From Octopus sinensis (lineage: Eukaryota): a stretch of DNA of 64,000 bases. The stretch is taken from the NCBI RefSeq assembly GCF_006345805.1, contig NC_043007.1:63550001-63614000 (forward strand), given 5' to 3'. The translations under genes were made by a program, and so were the position numbers. This document shows positions 39,682-52,678 of this stretch, in pieces (within the stretch, counting starts at the first letter, position 1; each line of letters opens with the position of its first letter). A model generated the notes under the pieces. It was not told the DNA's origin. It made no database searches and was given only the letters and a program-made list of their open reading frames with translations.

Positions 39682-42600
39682 CTGAAAATTAAATGCAAAA
39701 AAAATCAGTGTCTTTCTCAACATAACAAAGAAAATTTTGATTTACATAATAAACAAAGACTGAATTATGGAATGTAGTATGTTAACTAGGCTAATGTGTA
39801 TGTGTGTGTGTGGCTGTGGGGTTAAGAAGTTCACTTCCCAACCATGTGGTTTTTAGTTCAGGTCCAGTGTGTGCAGCACCTTGGGCAAGAGTCTTCTACT
39901 ATAGCTCTGGGCTGCCCAAAATCTTGTGAATGGATTTGGCAGAGAGAAACTGAAAGAAGTTCATTGTATATATATGTATGTGTGTCTATGTGTGAGTTTG
40001 TCTGAGTGAGTTCATATTTCCTTCATCTTCATGTGTGTTTGCTTGCTGGTTCTAAACAATGGCTTTGCTAATGTTAACGTTTACTTGCAGTCTACTCAAA
40101 AGTAAGCCTCGACATGTCTTGACATGTACAATCTTTTTAAAACAAAAGATTCATTCACATAGTGTTGTTTGCTTCCACTTCCCTGGGTAAACTTGTTCAG
40201 GCTGTTTGTTGTCTGATAGATTACCTCACCTGGAAACAAGTGGGGATTGTTGATAAGAAAGGCATCCAGCCATAAAATCTGTTCCAAACATGCTCTTGTC
40301 TGGCCCATGCAAGTATGGAAAAGTAAACATCACAACAAAGATTCTTTCTATCTATCTATTATATATATGTTTACATACACAAAATTGCTTATAGTCATGA
40401 AATCATAGCAGTATGCAAGAGTGGATAAGGGAAACAATCACACTGATTTGACCTCAAGAGAATCAGTGATATATAAGAAGCCCTTCTGATTGCTAACAGG
40501 AAAGTAAAACACAGAAGTCAACAATTCATAAAAGAAATCAACTGAAACTTAGCTTTTTTGTGTCATCTTAACAATTAGACTAAATCTAAAAGGTAATAAA
40601 ATACAGATAGAGCTGTGCCAATTTAAATAATGCCTCTTCTGTAGTTAACTCCTCTTTCTCAAAAAATTTCTCTGAACATCTAAACTTGAAACTTCTATTA
40701 ATTATAATGACAACAGCTTTTACATATGCTTCAATTTAAAAAAAAAAAATCAATGAAATTGCAGCATTTTTTAACTATTAACTTCATCTCTAGAGATGAA
40801 ACATTCTTTTCATTTTTTTTTTTAATATTTACATTCACATAATATTTTGATTTGTTTGATCCTCAGTCATCAAGTGTCCTATTCCTGGATATGTATTTAG
40901 TATTGAACTGGATTCAAACTAGAAACTTCGTTTCTAAACTAATGTGTAATAACATTTTTATAAATTAAGTTATTGAGACATTGTACATGAGCTGTAGTAA
41001 TAGAAACAACTTTAGTTTGAGTTTACATGGGGAAAAGATAAACAATTAATGCGGCTGTGAACTGGCAAACCAGCTCTACAATATATAAAACAACGTTATA
41101 CAATAGATCAGTGGGCACAGGTAGGGCAATGTAATTAAGAAGTTCATTTTGAAGTCATTGTTTGGTCCTATTGCATGGCACCTTTAGTAAGCATAGATCT
41201 TGTAAGTGAAACTTGGTAAAAAGAAAGTCAAGAAGTCCATCAGATGACAGTGTCTTTTCAAGGGTCACCCGCTTTAAAATCATCTGGCCTTTGGATGTCT
41301 TTAGTGGAGTCTACTCGGTCACTAGAATTTGAACTAAGTCTTTGATATGAGGATATCTTGATGCACTGTGCCCTGTTGTTGTGACCATGGTTTTATCTCT
41401 CCTTTATCCAATACCTTCTTCAGAGGCTCTGTAAACACGTCATGATCACTGCCATTCTACTTCTAACTAAGCTATAATTTTTCTTTTTTTAATTGGAAAA
41501 GAACAAGCTGAGCAAGAGGCATTATGTGTGCAATACTAACTAGAGAGAGAGAGAGGTAGAGAGGCAGATAGAGAGAGACTGGGTAGGTACAAGTAAGTAG
41601 AGGATGTGATCAGGTAAAAATAAAAGAAACAAGTGTGTAATGGTTAAGGATATGTTTTGCATATGGATTGTATGAGTACTATGACATCTGTAGAAAGTAG
41701 ACCAAAGGGAAACAAGATTAAAATGCTTATCTCACTGGCTAACAACACTCTTTTTACTAGCTAGCACTCACCTGATGTCAAGTGGAGTAATGTCAGATCA
41801 TACCATAGAAACAGAGAACTGAATGAAGAATAAAAGAGGAGGAAATAAAAGAAAAATAAACAGGCTACTGTTATGATGAAGCATTATGGCATGTACAAAA
41901 TTGTGTATGTGCATGTGTGTGTAATATAGTCACACACGAGGGTATAAATATTTGTTTGTTTTATTGCTGTTATTTAGCATCAGGTTCATTACGTAGACTC
42001 ATGATCATAGATGTTCTGGTTATGACCATTTTTACTACATAAAGTGTACCTAAGACTACAATGAGTCGAAGGAAATTTGACAACATAGATCCTTTATTGA
42101 CTCATGATATTTGTTTATTGTGTATGGTGATGATAGAATTAGTTAAAATATACACAATGTTACATGCAAGTTACAGATGAGAGGAGCTTCCTTATGTCAT
42201 ATACATACATCTGAGGAAGTCTCTTATATGGTTGTTTGATCAGCTAGAATTAGCAGCTAAATCTCCCTCAAATCATCTGAAATAAGGAAAGGAAACATTA
42301 GACAAAGTAGTCCTAGATATCCTTAAACAATCAGAATAGTAACAACTGGAATGTTTTTAATCAGGGTTGACATGAGACTAAATAACAACATGCATTTAAT
42401 CACTCAAAGAAGCCTTTTGACCAATAACAAGTGTGCTAAATCTAAACTGACTTAGTATCAAAGTGGTCCATTCAAGTGGTTTTTTAACAAAAACGAAAGC
42501 ATATCTAACATAACATGTGATGATGCTGAATCTCTAGAAAAGTGATTCTCTCTTTGTAATGTTCATAGGAACAGCTACCACCACACCTTGCTGGGAACAA

Positions 42601-42787
42601 CAAGATTCAGTAATGTAGTTAGTAACAGTAAAAAAAAAGTTTAAAACACTGTTTTAAAGTGGATATGTATGAAGGAATGGAAGTATTAAAAAAAGTCAAG
42701 CCACCAAGCAAGCTCTGTAGTAGGAAGCATGATTCTGTATATTATGATGTTGGGATGAAGAAATGAAAAGAATTAAATGGTACATAC

Positions 42788-42929
42788 TTCTGTTAAGATT
42801 GAGGAAAAATGGTTGCAATTTTTGGTTAACAAATGGTAATAATCTCCACGGAATTCCTTGCCCATTTCTCGAACAAGTTTCTGAATATCCATAGGGTTAA
42901 AGTCTGTGGTTCCTATCACAATACTTTCT
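42788..42929 (-). CDS. DESI2: DESI2 internal exon with catalytic Cys (NCNHF)
   Basis: tttcttatag/142 nt/gtatgt; ESIVIGTTDFNPMDIQKLVREMGKEFRGDYYHLLTKNCNHFSSILTE; phase 2 to 0. Confidence 0.96.
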
Positions 42930-44584
42930 CTATAAGAAATTGAAAACAAAATGAAATAGATATTATTGAATTAATGAGGAAAATAATACAAAAGCAGCTA
43001 ATGTCTAACATGTAATTCTAAACACTTTTCATGTTCAAACCATAAAACAGATGTGTGTGTGTGTATGAAAGTATATGTGCAGATCAAAATGTGTATGTAT
43101 ATACCTTTACTGGATTGTGGCTATACTGGAGCTCTGTTTTCTAGCATATATAGTGGATAACATTTGAATTTGAAACATAAAGGTACTTAACTAAGCACCA
43201 TAAAGTTATTTGTCCAAGACTGCTGATTCTATTGTCCACCCACTGTGTTTGCACTTGTACAAATGTAGATGTGCACATGCATCAATGTGTGCATGTCAGT
43301 TGCATGTTGCATGCCTGTTCAGTATGTGTACATTTTCCTGCATTATTGATGGAGTGGATGCAGTCACATTCCTCAATATTGGCTTTGTGCTGTGCAAAAC
43401 AGGCATTATTACCATTTCACAAGCGAATGGCCAAGGTCATTATTTAGAAGTGGAGTGACCATCCATAATTCCATTGTGAAAAAGAAAGAAAAAACGTAGC
43501 AAAAACAAAAGCAATTTATATGTAAATATTTGAACTTAAAGACCTTGTTAACCTACAAAAATGTTCTTTTTCTTCTTCCTTCCCATTTACTGTTCTTTCC
43601 AGTTTATCACTGACTAGTTAGACCCTGAAGATATAAGCCATTAAACTACCACATCAAACAATGTAGTATGCTCACATTACTTCACTTATTTTATCAATCC
43701 CAGTTTATAGTTGGTTCTCACTACATGATAGGTTATAGATATACTTGTTTTTTTGCAGGATTTGACAATCCAACTCAAGTCTCAAGCTAGTCTTAAATTT
43801 GAAGGACAGAGTCACAAAAGTGCTACATCGAACAGCCAATTGGATTTCAAGTATTTATTTGATCAATTTTAGAGAAATATGATTGATAAAGTAAATAATG
43901 TTCAGCAAGATTTGATCTGCTTGCCTTATCCATATACTAACTTAACCATCATACTGACAGACGTAAATGGATGTACCTTTTTGACACTAGATAAACCATT
44001 GTTTTTATTACATGGAGTAAATTTTGTTTTCAAAGTTTTAACATTTGCACTGACAGTAACTATTTGATGGGGGTTGATAAAATACAACCAAATACTGCTG
44101 TCAATTTAATCCACTATTCCCCCACTCCAAATTTCAGAAATATTAGAAATGTCAGCATTATTATTATTACAGTAATGGTGATGGATAGAGAGAATCATTA
44201 GACCATCAGGAAAAATGTCTTGCAATATGAGTTAAAAAGTGTGCTGGGAGTTCAGCTTTGCTTTTCGTCCTTCTAAGGTGAAAAAAGTTATCAGTAAGGT
44301 TGATGGTATTGACTATGCACTCCCTCCTCAAAATTGTTGACCTTCTGCCTAAATTAGAAACAATTATTATAATTGTTGTTGTGATGTTAGCAACACATTG
44401 CTTCCCTACAAGCTTTTCTTTTACATGCCAAATTTGTTTGAAAACCTTTTGGTAGATATTTACTGCAACAGAGAGTAGAATGATAGAATTCTAGTGCTAT
44501 GAATTGAAGAGTAGTGATGCTGTTGAGAAAAGACCTAAGCAAGGAAGAGCACATTGAAAATTCTTGGACCATAACTCAGTATAA

Positions 44585-46230
44585 TGTAGACTTCAACATT
44601 TTGGTCAAGGTGTTAGCAAAGAGGTTGACACTTGTTGTTGATGGTCTGAATAGATCTAGCCACAATTTCTACCTCATGTGAAAAACCATAGAGGAAGTAA
44701 GTAAGGAACCTAGCATGTGTAGGACCCTATCAACTTAGATCAGTTAAACGTTTTTGATAGGGTTTGCCACCAATACTTGGCAGCCAGTTTCAGTTCCATC
44801 TTTTATCGTTGGATCACTGCAATGTACAACAACATCTGCTCAGTTGTTAGGGTGAATGGTCACTGACTGGAATCATTCAGCATCATGTGCTTAGTTTGTC
44901 AATGTTATCCATTCTCATCTCTTCTGGATATACCAGCTCCGGAGCCATTACTGTGGAAGTTAAAGACATTGAGGGGCATTCCATATGAACTAAGGTGTGG
45001 AATAATTATTTGCATATGCAGATGATGCCACCATCATAGTGTCAGACACCAAGCACATCAAGATGATCAGTTCTAAGGAACTATGAAGCAATGACAGGTG
45101 CAAAAATCAACCAAGTCTATAGGCCTGTAGCTCGACACCTGAAGTGACAAGTCCATGCTGTCCAACAGTGTCATGGAATACTGGATGGATGTACCAGTTA
45201 AAATTGATTGAGGTTTGGTTTGGTCCAGATCTCCATGTAGAAAAGTATTGAGATGAGGTGATAAACAACATGGCCAATCTTACCCAAAAATAGGCCATGA
45301 GATGCATTCCCTGAAAGGTTGGGTAAAGGTAAAAAACACTTAGATTGCCTCTGTCATGTATTACTGCCTGACTATTGTTCCTTTCACCAGTTCCAAGCTG
45401 ACTGAAGTGGAGTACTTGCTCTTTTGGTTTCTGTGGAAGAGATATGTTCCACTGGTCAGGCACACATTTGCTGTCAGTACATGCTGAGTGGAGGTCTGGG
45501 TATGCCATAGCTGATGATGCACAGAAGCTGTGACATTTCTAGCAATTCCTTGATAATGAACAGATATGGTTGCCATTTATCATACAGGTCTTTTCCCAGC
45601 TCATATCTTTGAAAGAGCTACTACAGTCCTGGGTCAAGCAAAGATCACAATAGGGTGCCTGGTATCTGGAATGCTGTCAAACACTCATAACCCTCTACAA
45701 GTTGGACATTGCAGTTGGTGGAAGTTTCACTTTAGAATTCTATAAAGGGCAAGTAATGGGCAAGAGGGAGGCTCTGGATATAAATGAAAATCAAGTGGTT
45801 GGTCTGTTCTAGAGGATTTTCAGGGCCAATGAATAACTTTCAGAAATCTCTGGCCAGGCAGTGCTACTGGAGGTGGGGAATTACAGCCTTCCCAGGATGT
45901 GCACAGAACAACAAAACTGTTCTGCACACACTTGGTCAGTACCTGAGCATTGCTGACTTGAGGAGTTGTGTTGAAATTCTGCTGTCATGTATAGGATAGA
46001 TATGGCTGTCAGCTGAATCCATTATGAACATCATCCCATCATCTGACCTTTGGTCAGAAAAGCCAGGCAGCCTTTATCTGTCTTGCAGTCTCTGTGAAAG
46101 AAGCTGTGTGGTGGACCAAATTGCAAGGGTTGAAGACAGACACTTTCCTCTTTGGCTAAGCCCTCATCAATGTTTATATATTAAGATGAAAAAGTTTTCT
46201 CTACTTTGCATCAGTTTTTATTCAGGGATT
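44585..46230 (+). mobile_element. L1/Tx1-type LINE, heavily degenerate
   Basis: ILVKVLAKRL, INLDQ..FDR..HQYL, YADD, VWFGPDLHVEK, NNFQKSLARQCY; same family as 4801-9401. Confidence 0.85.
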
Positions 46231-46278
46231 TTGCTCTCCTAAATTAGTGATCCTCATTGTGATTTGCAGAAGAGAGTA

Positions 46279-46616
46279 GGTACGTAAAAAGCACTGGTAC
46301 GTAAAAAGCACTATCCGACTCGTGGCCGATGCCAGCACCGCCTCGACTGGCTTCCGTGCCGGTGGCACATAAAATACACCAATCTGACCGTGGCCGTTGC
46401 CAGCCCCGCCTGGCACCTGTGCAGGTCGCACGTAAAAAGCACCCACTACACTCACGGAGTGGTTGGCATTAGGAAGGGCATCCAGCTGTAGAAACATTGC
46501 CAAATTAGACTGGAGCCTGGTGCAGCCTTCTGGCTTCCCAGAACCCCGGTCGAACCGTCCAACCCATGCTAGCATGGAGAACGGACGTTAAACGACGATG
46601 ATGATGATGATGATGA
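46279..46616 (+). mobile_element. RTE LINE 3' UTR-only copy with (GAT)n tail
   Basis: Very similar to 48640-48949; ends cccatgctagcatggagaacggacgttaaacgacgatgatg. Confidence 0.9.
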
Positions 46617-47428
46617 ATACTTTTTGCACATTGTTGCAGTTATACAGTAAGTACAACTTTCTAGATAGGTTGCCTTCACTCTGGCTGAGAAGTAATATCT
46701 CTTCAAAATGTAAAGAAGAGGCTTAGTTAACAAGGGAATACACAATGATGGTCTCAGTAGCTGAGCATAAAGGTTGTCTCTATTATGAAAGTTGAGTGGG
46801 GTTAGCTTCATTCCAGAGGAGAAGCAACATCTCACCATAAAGTAGAGTTTAGCTAGGCGGCTCATGGTGGTAAACTAAGGCCATTCTTAATACAGGTCAT
46901 CTCCCTGATGTTGGAGGAGGGGATTAGTTAACTAAGGGAGCCCACACAATGAGGGTCTAAGGCAACTTGGCACAAAGGTTGCCTTTGCTATGTAGGTAGA
47001 GGAAGGGAGTTATATTCCATCTGAGAAGCCATGTCTCTGTGACGTAGGGAGTGGATTTAGCTAAAGGATTCACAGCAGTAGTCTAAGGGGGCTGGAAATG
47101 AGGCTGTCTCCATGATATAGATTATGTGGACAAGCAAAGGGTGTACTAAGTTACTGAGGGAACTTATTGTAATAAGCTAATGGTGGCTGGACCTTGATTG
47201 TCAAAATCAGTAGATGGAGTACAAGGATGGATATAAAATGATGACCACTAGTTCCAACATCACAGATTGTAAATATTTACAGATGATTGGTATAGTCAGA
47301 ATAAATCTTGGCTAACACTGAAACTGAGTCAATGTTTTTACAACCTTGTCCTTCCATCAAATGATGGTATATGGCACATATGTTAAGCACTCTATAATAA
47401 CTACTGCATATAACTATATAACTAGTTG

Positions 47429-48949
47429 CTATCAGAACTGGAGGAGAAGTTTCAGGTGTGGAAACAAGGATTAGAATCGAAGGGCCTCAGAGTCAATCTA
47501 GCTAAAACCAAAGTCGTAATCAGTAGGAAGGTAGACAAATCACAAACACCTTCAGGTAGATGGCCCTGCTCGATCTGTAGAAAAGGTGTAGGTAGAAACT
47601 CTATAAGATGCACCAAGTGTAAGCTATGGACACATAAGAGATGCAGCAATGTCAAAGGAAGGCTAACTAGGAAGATGGTTTTTGTATGTGGCAGATGCTC
47701 AGGAACAATAAACACTGAAAATGCTCTGAGACCAACTTCCGTCACTTTCCAGGGAGAAAAACTAGAAATAGTTGATAGTTTCCGTTACCTAGGTGACCAA
47801 GTCAGCAGCAGGGGCGGGTGTGCTGAAAGTGTAACTGCTAGAGTAAGAATAGCTTGGGCAAAGTTCAGAGAGCTCTTACCTCTGCTGGTGACAAAAGGCC
47901 TCTCGCACAGAGTGAAAGGCAGACTGTATGATGCGTGTGTACGAACAGCCATGCTACATGGCAGTGAAACATGGGCCGTGACTGCTGAGGATATGCGTAA
48001 GCTCGCAAGAAATGAAGCCAGTATGCTCCAATGGATGTGTAATGTCGGTACTCACACTCGGCAGAGTGTAAGTACCTTGAGAGAAAAGCTGGACCTAAGA
48101 AGCATCAGTTGTGGTGTGCAAGAGAGACGTTTGCGCTGGTATGGTCATGTGGCGAGAATGGATGAAGATAGTTGTGTGAAAAAGTGCCACACCCTAGCGG
48201 TTGAGGGAACCTGTGGAAGAGGCAGACCCAGGAAAACCTGGGACGAGGTGGTGAAGCACGACCTTCGAACTTTAGGTCTCACTGAGGAAATGACTAGAGA
48301 CTGAGACTTCTGGAAGTGTGCTGTGCGCGAGAAGACCCGGCAGGACAAGTGAGTCCATAACCCGTGGCCTTCTACATGAGATGGAGCCAGCCTACGTATG
48401 CATACCTTCCCTTCTTGGGACACAAAACTCTACTTGTGAAGACGTGTTGAGGCAAGTGAGGATCAGAATCAAAATCGATCAATGGAAATTGCGGATGTGT
48501 TACCAGTGCCGGTGGCATGTCGAAACTCTACTTGTGAAGACCCGTTGAGGCAAGTGAGGATCAGAATCGAAATCGATCAATGGAAATTGCAGATGTGTTA
48601 CCAGTGCCGGTGGCATGTAAGAGAACTTTCCGTTTCGCGACCGTTGCCAGCACCGCCCCGTTTCGTGTCCGTTGCCAGCCTCGCCTGGCCCTCGTGCCGG
48701 TGGCACATAAAAAGCACCATCCGTTCGTGGCCGTTTGCCAGCTCTGTCTGGCACCAGTGCGGGTGGCATGTAAAAAGCACCCACTACACTCATGGAGTGG
48801 TTGGCGTTAGGAAGGGCATCCAGCCGTAGAAACACTGCCAGATTTGACTGGGCCTGATGAAGCCTTCTGGCTTCACAGACCCCAGTAGAACCGTCCAACC
48901 CATGCTAGCATGGAAAACGGACGCTAAACGATGATGATGATGATGATGA
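47429..48949 (+). mobile_element. RTE LINE, 5'-truncated, young; RT C-terminal half with internal PHD finger
   Basis: Open 292-aa frame (GLRVNLAKTKV, DSFRYLG, YGSETW, RRLRWYGHVARM, GRGRPRKTW), TGA at 48302, 3' UTR and (GAT)n tail. Confidence 0.95.
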
Positions 48950-49324
48950 ACTAATCTAACTGTAAATTTTGTTGTCAATAAGTAACTATTAAAGAGTCTA
49001 TAGTTTTTTTACAACACTTCATGCTGTCAATGAACTAAAATCATGAGATGAACAAGTGCAAAAAATAAAAGTTTCATTACTTAAATTTTCCTATAAATTT
49101 TCCTATAGTAAACTTTCTGAAAGATTATTAACACATCTGAAGGTGGTGCTCCGTCACAGCCTCAGCACTTATGGTTATAACAAACTAATCTAGTTTTCTA
49201 AGAAAATTTTTTTAACAACAAAATAGCTGAAGCTGAAAATGAATCATTGTTTGGTGAAATTTTTCCAACATTTACATGGTCACTGTTTACAGAAATTAAA
49301 ATGATCTGTAAAAAACATACTAAC

Positions 49325-49418
49325 TTGAATTTGAAGTGTTCTCCAAGTTCTTTAGCCTCTCTTGGTTCCATTGAAAATATTCCTGATACAGGAAATGGAT
49401 GTCCACCATAAGCATATT
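49325..49418 (-). CDS. DESI2: DESI2 internal exon
   Basis: tttctttctag/94 nt/gttagt; (E)[30 protein letters not shown](K); phase 1 to 2. Confidence 0.96.
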
Positions 49419-49502
49419 CTAGAAAGAAATGAAAAAAAAATTATGAGATATGGTGCCAGAACACCATATAAGTGATGTGGAAGAAGATAACAACCACTGA
49501 AT

Positions 49503-50787
49503 TAGTTTAGTGGTATCAACAAGTTCCCAGACTAGTTCTGTAGTGTGCCAACAGATGGCAGCACATGGTTGCATTCACAGTGAGAGCTAACAGTAACCTT
49601 TATGAGGTAGTGTGCTGAGTGACATTGCTGTGTTTACTTTACAAGTTGTGAAATTTTTGTTTCTGTGATCATGTGTAATAATCTGTGATTTTGCCATGGA
49701 CAGGAACTTGGAGCAGAGAGCCAACATGAAATTTTGCATTAAACTTGGCAAGTTTGCTGCAGAGACATTTAACATGCTTTGGCAAGCTTACAGCAATGAT
49801 GCAATGGGTCATATGCAATGTTTTGAGTGGCACAGGCATTTCAAAAGCTGAAGAATGTCCCTGGAAGAGGATGAGCAATCTGGAAAACCTGCCAAGAGCG
49901 TCACCCCCGGAAATGTGGAGAAAATTTATCAGTTTGTGCATGAGGATCATCAGAGGAAACTCAATGACATTGCTGATGTTGTTGGTCTGTTGTATGGGTC
50001 TGTACAGGCAATGCTAACATCTGAATTGAACATATGGCGTGTCTCTGCTAAGTTTGTCCTCTGTCTGTTGACCACTGAGCAGAAAGAACATCACGTCGAA
50101 GTCTGTCAAGATCTCTGTCAGCATGCCAAGGATCATCACTGGTGATGAGAGTTGGGTCTACAGGTATGACACTGAGATAAAGCAGCAGTCATCACAATGA
50201 AAGAACCCTTTATCTCCATGACCGAAGAAGACATGACCACCACAGCTCAATGAAGAGCATGCTTATCATTTTTTTTAACATCCGCAGCATTGTGCATCGA
50301 GAATTTGCTTCCCAGGGTCAGACTGTCAATCAGACTGCAATGTTTTATAGTGTTTGAGGGAGGACATTTGGTGAAAGTAACTGGATCTGCGGAGTATGAA
50401 AAATTGGATTCTTTATGATGATAATGCACACTGACACCAAGCTCTCCTTACTTGTGAGTTTCTCACCAAAAGCAACAAAGTATCACTTCTGCTCCTGCCC
50501 TATTTGCCAGATTTAACAGCTGTAGACTTCCTGCTCTCCCCCAAGATGAAAAGGCAGAGCTTTGCCATTTTAACACTATTGTCGAGATCCAGAGTGAATC
50601 ACAGAAGGTTCTTGACTTGCTTACAGAAAATGATGCGCAGGCCGGATTCCCAAACTGTCAAGAACACTGGGACTGGTGCATTGCTGCACAAAGTGACTAT
50701 TTCGAAGGAGATGATGTTAAAACCTAGGTAATTAAGTTATTTTTCTTTTAAACATAACTTGTCCGGGAACTTTTTGATACCACCTCA
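49503..50787 (+). mobile_element. Mariner (DD34D-type) transposon, degenerate, near full length
   Basis: EQRANMKFCIKLGK.AAET, FEWH.HFK, TGDESW.Y.YD.E, HDN, PDL...DF; TIR gtggtatcaacaagttcccagac versus gtccgggaactttttgataccacctca-TA. Confidence 0.9.
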
Positions 50788-52556
50788 TACAGAACTTCCA
50801 TCTGGCTGATCTTGACAAAGATGAATCTGAATTTATTGATTTGAATGAAATTAACAATTTAACATTTAAATCGACCATATCTGGCCCAAACATTCCACCT
50901 GTTTTATTTTCAAACCTGGCCTTTCACACCTATCCTACAATGTCATTTCTCTCCAAAAAAAAAAACCAATTTTTTCACATTTTATCAAAAGGTTATGAAT
51001 TCTTGAAATGGCACTTTAAAATTTTGTTTCTTTTCTGAAGAAGGATTCTGTCCAAATGTGAACCTATTTTCAACTCACTGTAAACTAAAAAACATTTTTC
51101 TAAAAATTGTCAACAGCGGTGGTGCCCCAGTATGGCCACAGCCTTCGGGCTGAAACATTTTTAAGGATTTTTAAGGATTTATGACATAAATTAATGCATA
51201 CCATCACTAATTTTAAGTGACTATTCTGATTTGTGACCTGAAAAATATGAAACCATCAGCCCTTTTTGGGACTACATCTGGTTTTATGATACAAAGTGTT
51301 TCTATTTAAGTTTGAGCCAGCTAACAATTTTATGAAAGAACCTTTTTGTTAAGTCATATTTAATAATGTTTGAAAGTCAAGTTTACTTACAGAGAAGTTA
51401 GGTCTTTGCTAAACCTCTCCAAATTGTCTATTTTAAGAGATAATACGGTCATGAAAGGATTAAAGGTGACTGAGGCATGTTTCTTGGCAATTTAGTCATC
51501 TTCTAAAATTTTCAGGAGCTGACATTAGAAATTTTTGAGCAAACAATAGAAGTACTTAAGGCAAAGATGACGCACAGGTAATTTAGTTGATTATTTTAGT
51601 ATAATTTAATTAACTTTGAGTCAATATAATCACCAAGCAATGGTAGCAGTTTAAGAATTGATACTGGATTATAACAAGCTCAAAGCCTATGGCTCGGTGG
51701 TTCAACTTCTCTGTAGATAACATAGTTTTTCAAAACTCAGAATAAGTTCAAATTCAAATTAAGTGCTACTCATGTTAAAGACAATATATAATAATTATCA
51801 ATATTGTTTTGTGTACATGGTGCACTGAATATAGAGTATCAAGCGCCTAATAAGAAACAAACACTTTGAAAGTCATAATCATCTGAATTAGAAATTTCTT
51901 ATTAAACTGATTCCTCATTGGCTAAAACTCTCATTTATTCAGCTAAGGAGTACCTCCTGTAAGGATTATTCTCCCCACCTTTATACTTCATTCTCTAGCT
52001 TAATGACCTACATTATATCACTTTTAAACTACAACTCTTTCACTAACTTCCATGCAAATGGTTCATACACATGTGACCTTCACACCACCCACATGGAATA
52101 ACATATATCTTCAGAAGAGAAACTATCCTGCAATGAAGGCAAAACATTGTCTCATTCAACTGAAGCAAGACACTAATATCTTAAAAAATTGCACACCTAC
52201 ATCCTCATTAGTTGTAAATAACACATAGTTAAAAAAACAAACAAAAACATGATAATCTTTATATAAAAGCTAACTCTTATATAAGACTGTAAATTTTGTA
52301 ACCAACAATGCATTATAAAGGCTAACTTTTCTTTCCTGAGCCAGAAAATAAGTTAGTCCTGATCTCTTTACAACATCCTATAGAGTTCTGCTCAAAAATT
52401 TGGAACGGGACACACACATCACATTCGTGTAAATTAAAGACTATCCACATTCTATAATTATTGGTTCATAGACATGCTCTCTCTCTCTCTTCTTAATAGT
52501 ACACTTAATCCCACCACTTGATGAGTGCTCCTCTTCTTTAATAATCCCTATTATCT

Positions 52557-52678
52557 ACATTATTTATACTTGATGGATATTTGTCCTCATCTTTGTTGTT
52601 AACAACAAACAAGATGAGGACAAATATCCGTCAAATGTAAATAATGTACATAATTCCTCATCTCTTAAATATAGAACT
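52557..52678. mobile_element. Collapsed copy of the 25363-25876 palindromic element
   Basis: Outer arms joined at GTTAAC (52598-52603), plus the unique extension in the opposite orientation. Confidence 0.85.

Noticed and set aside
47400-48970. TSD around the young RTE copy
   Set aside because: Only loose aacta repeats on each side; no convincing duplication.
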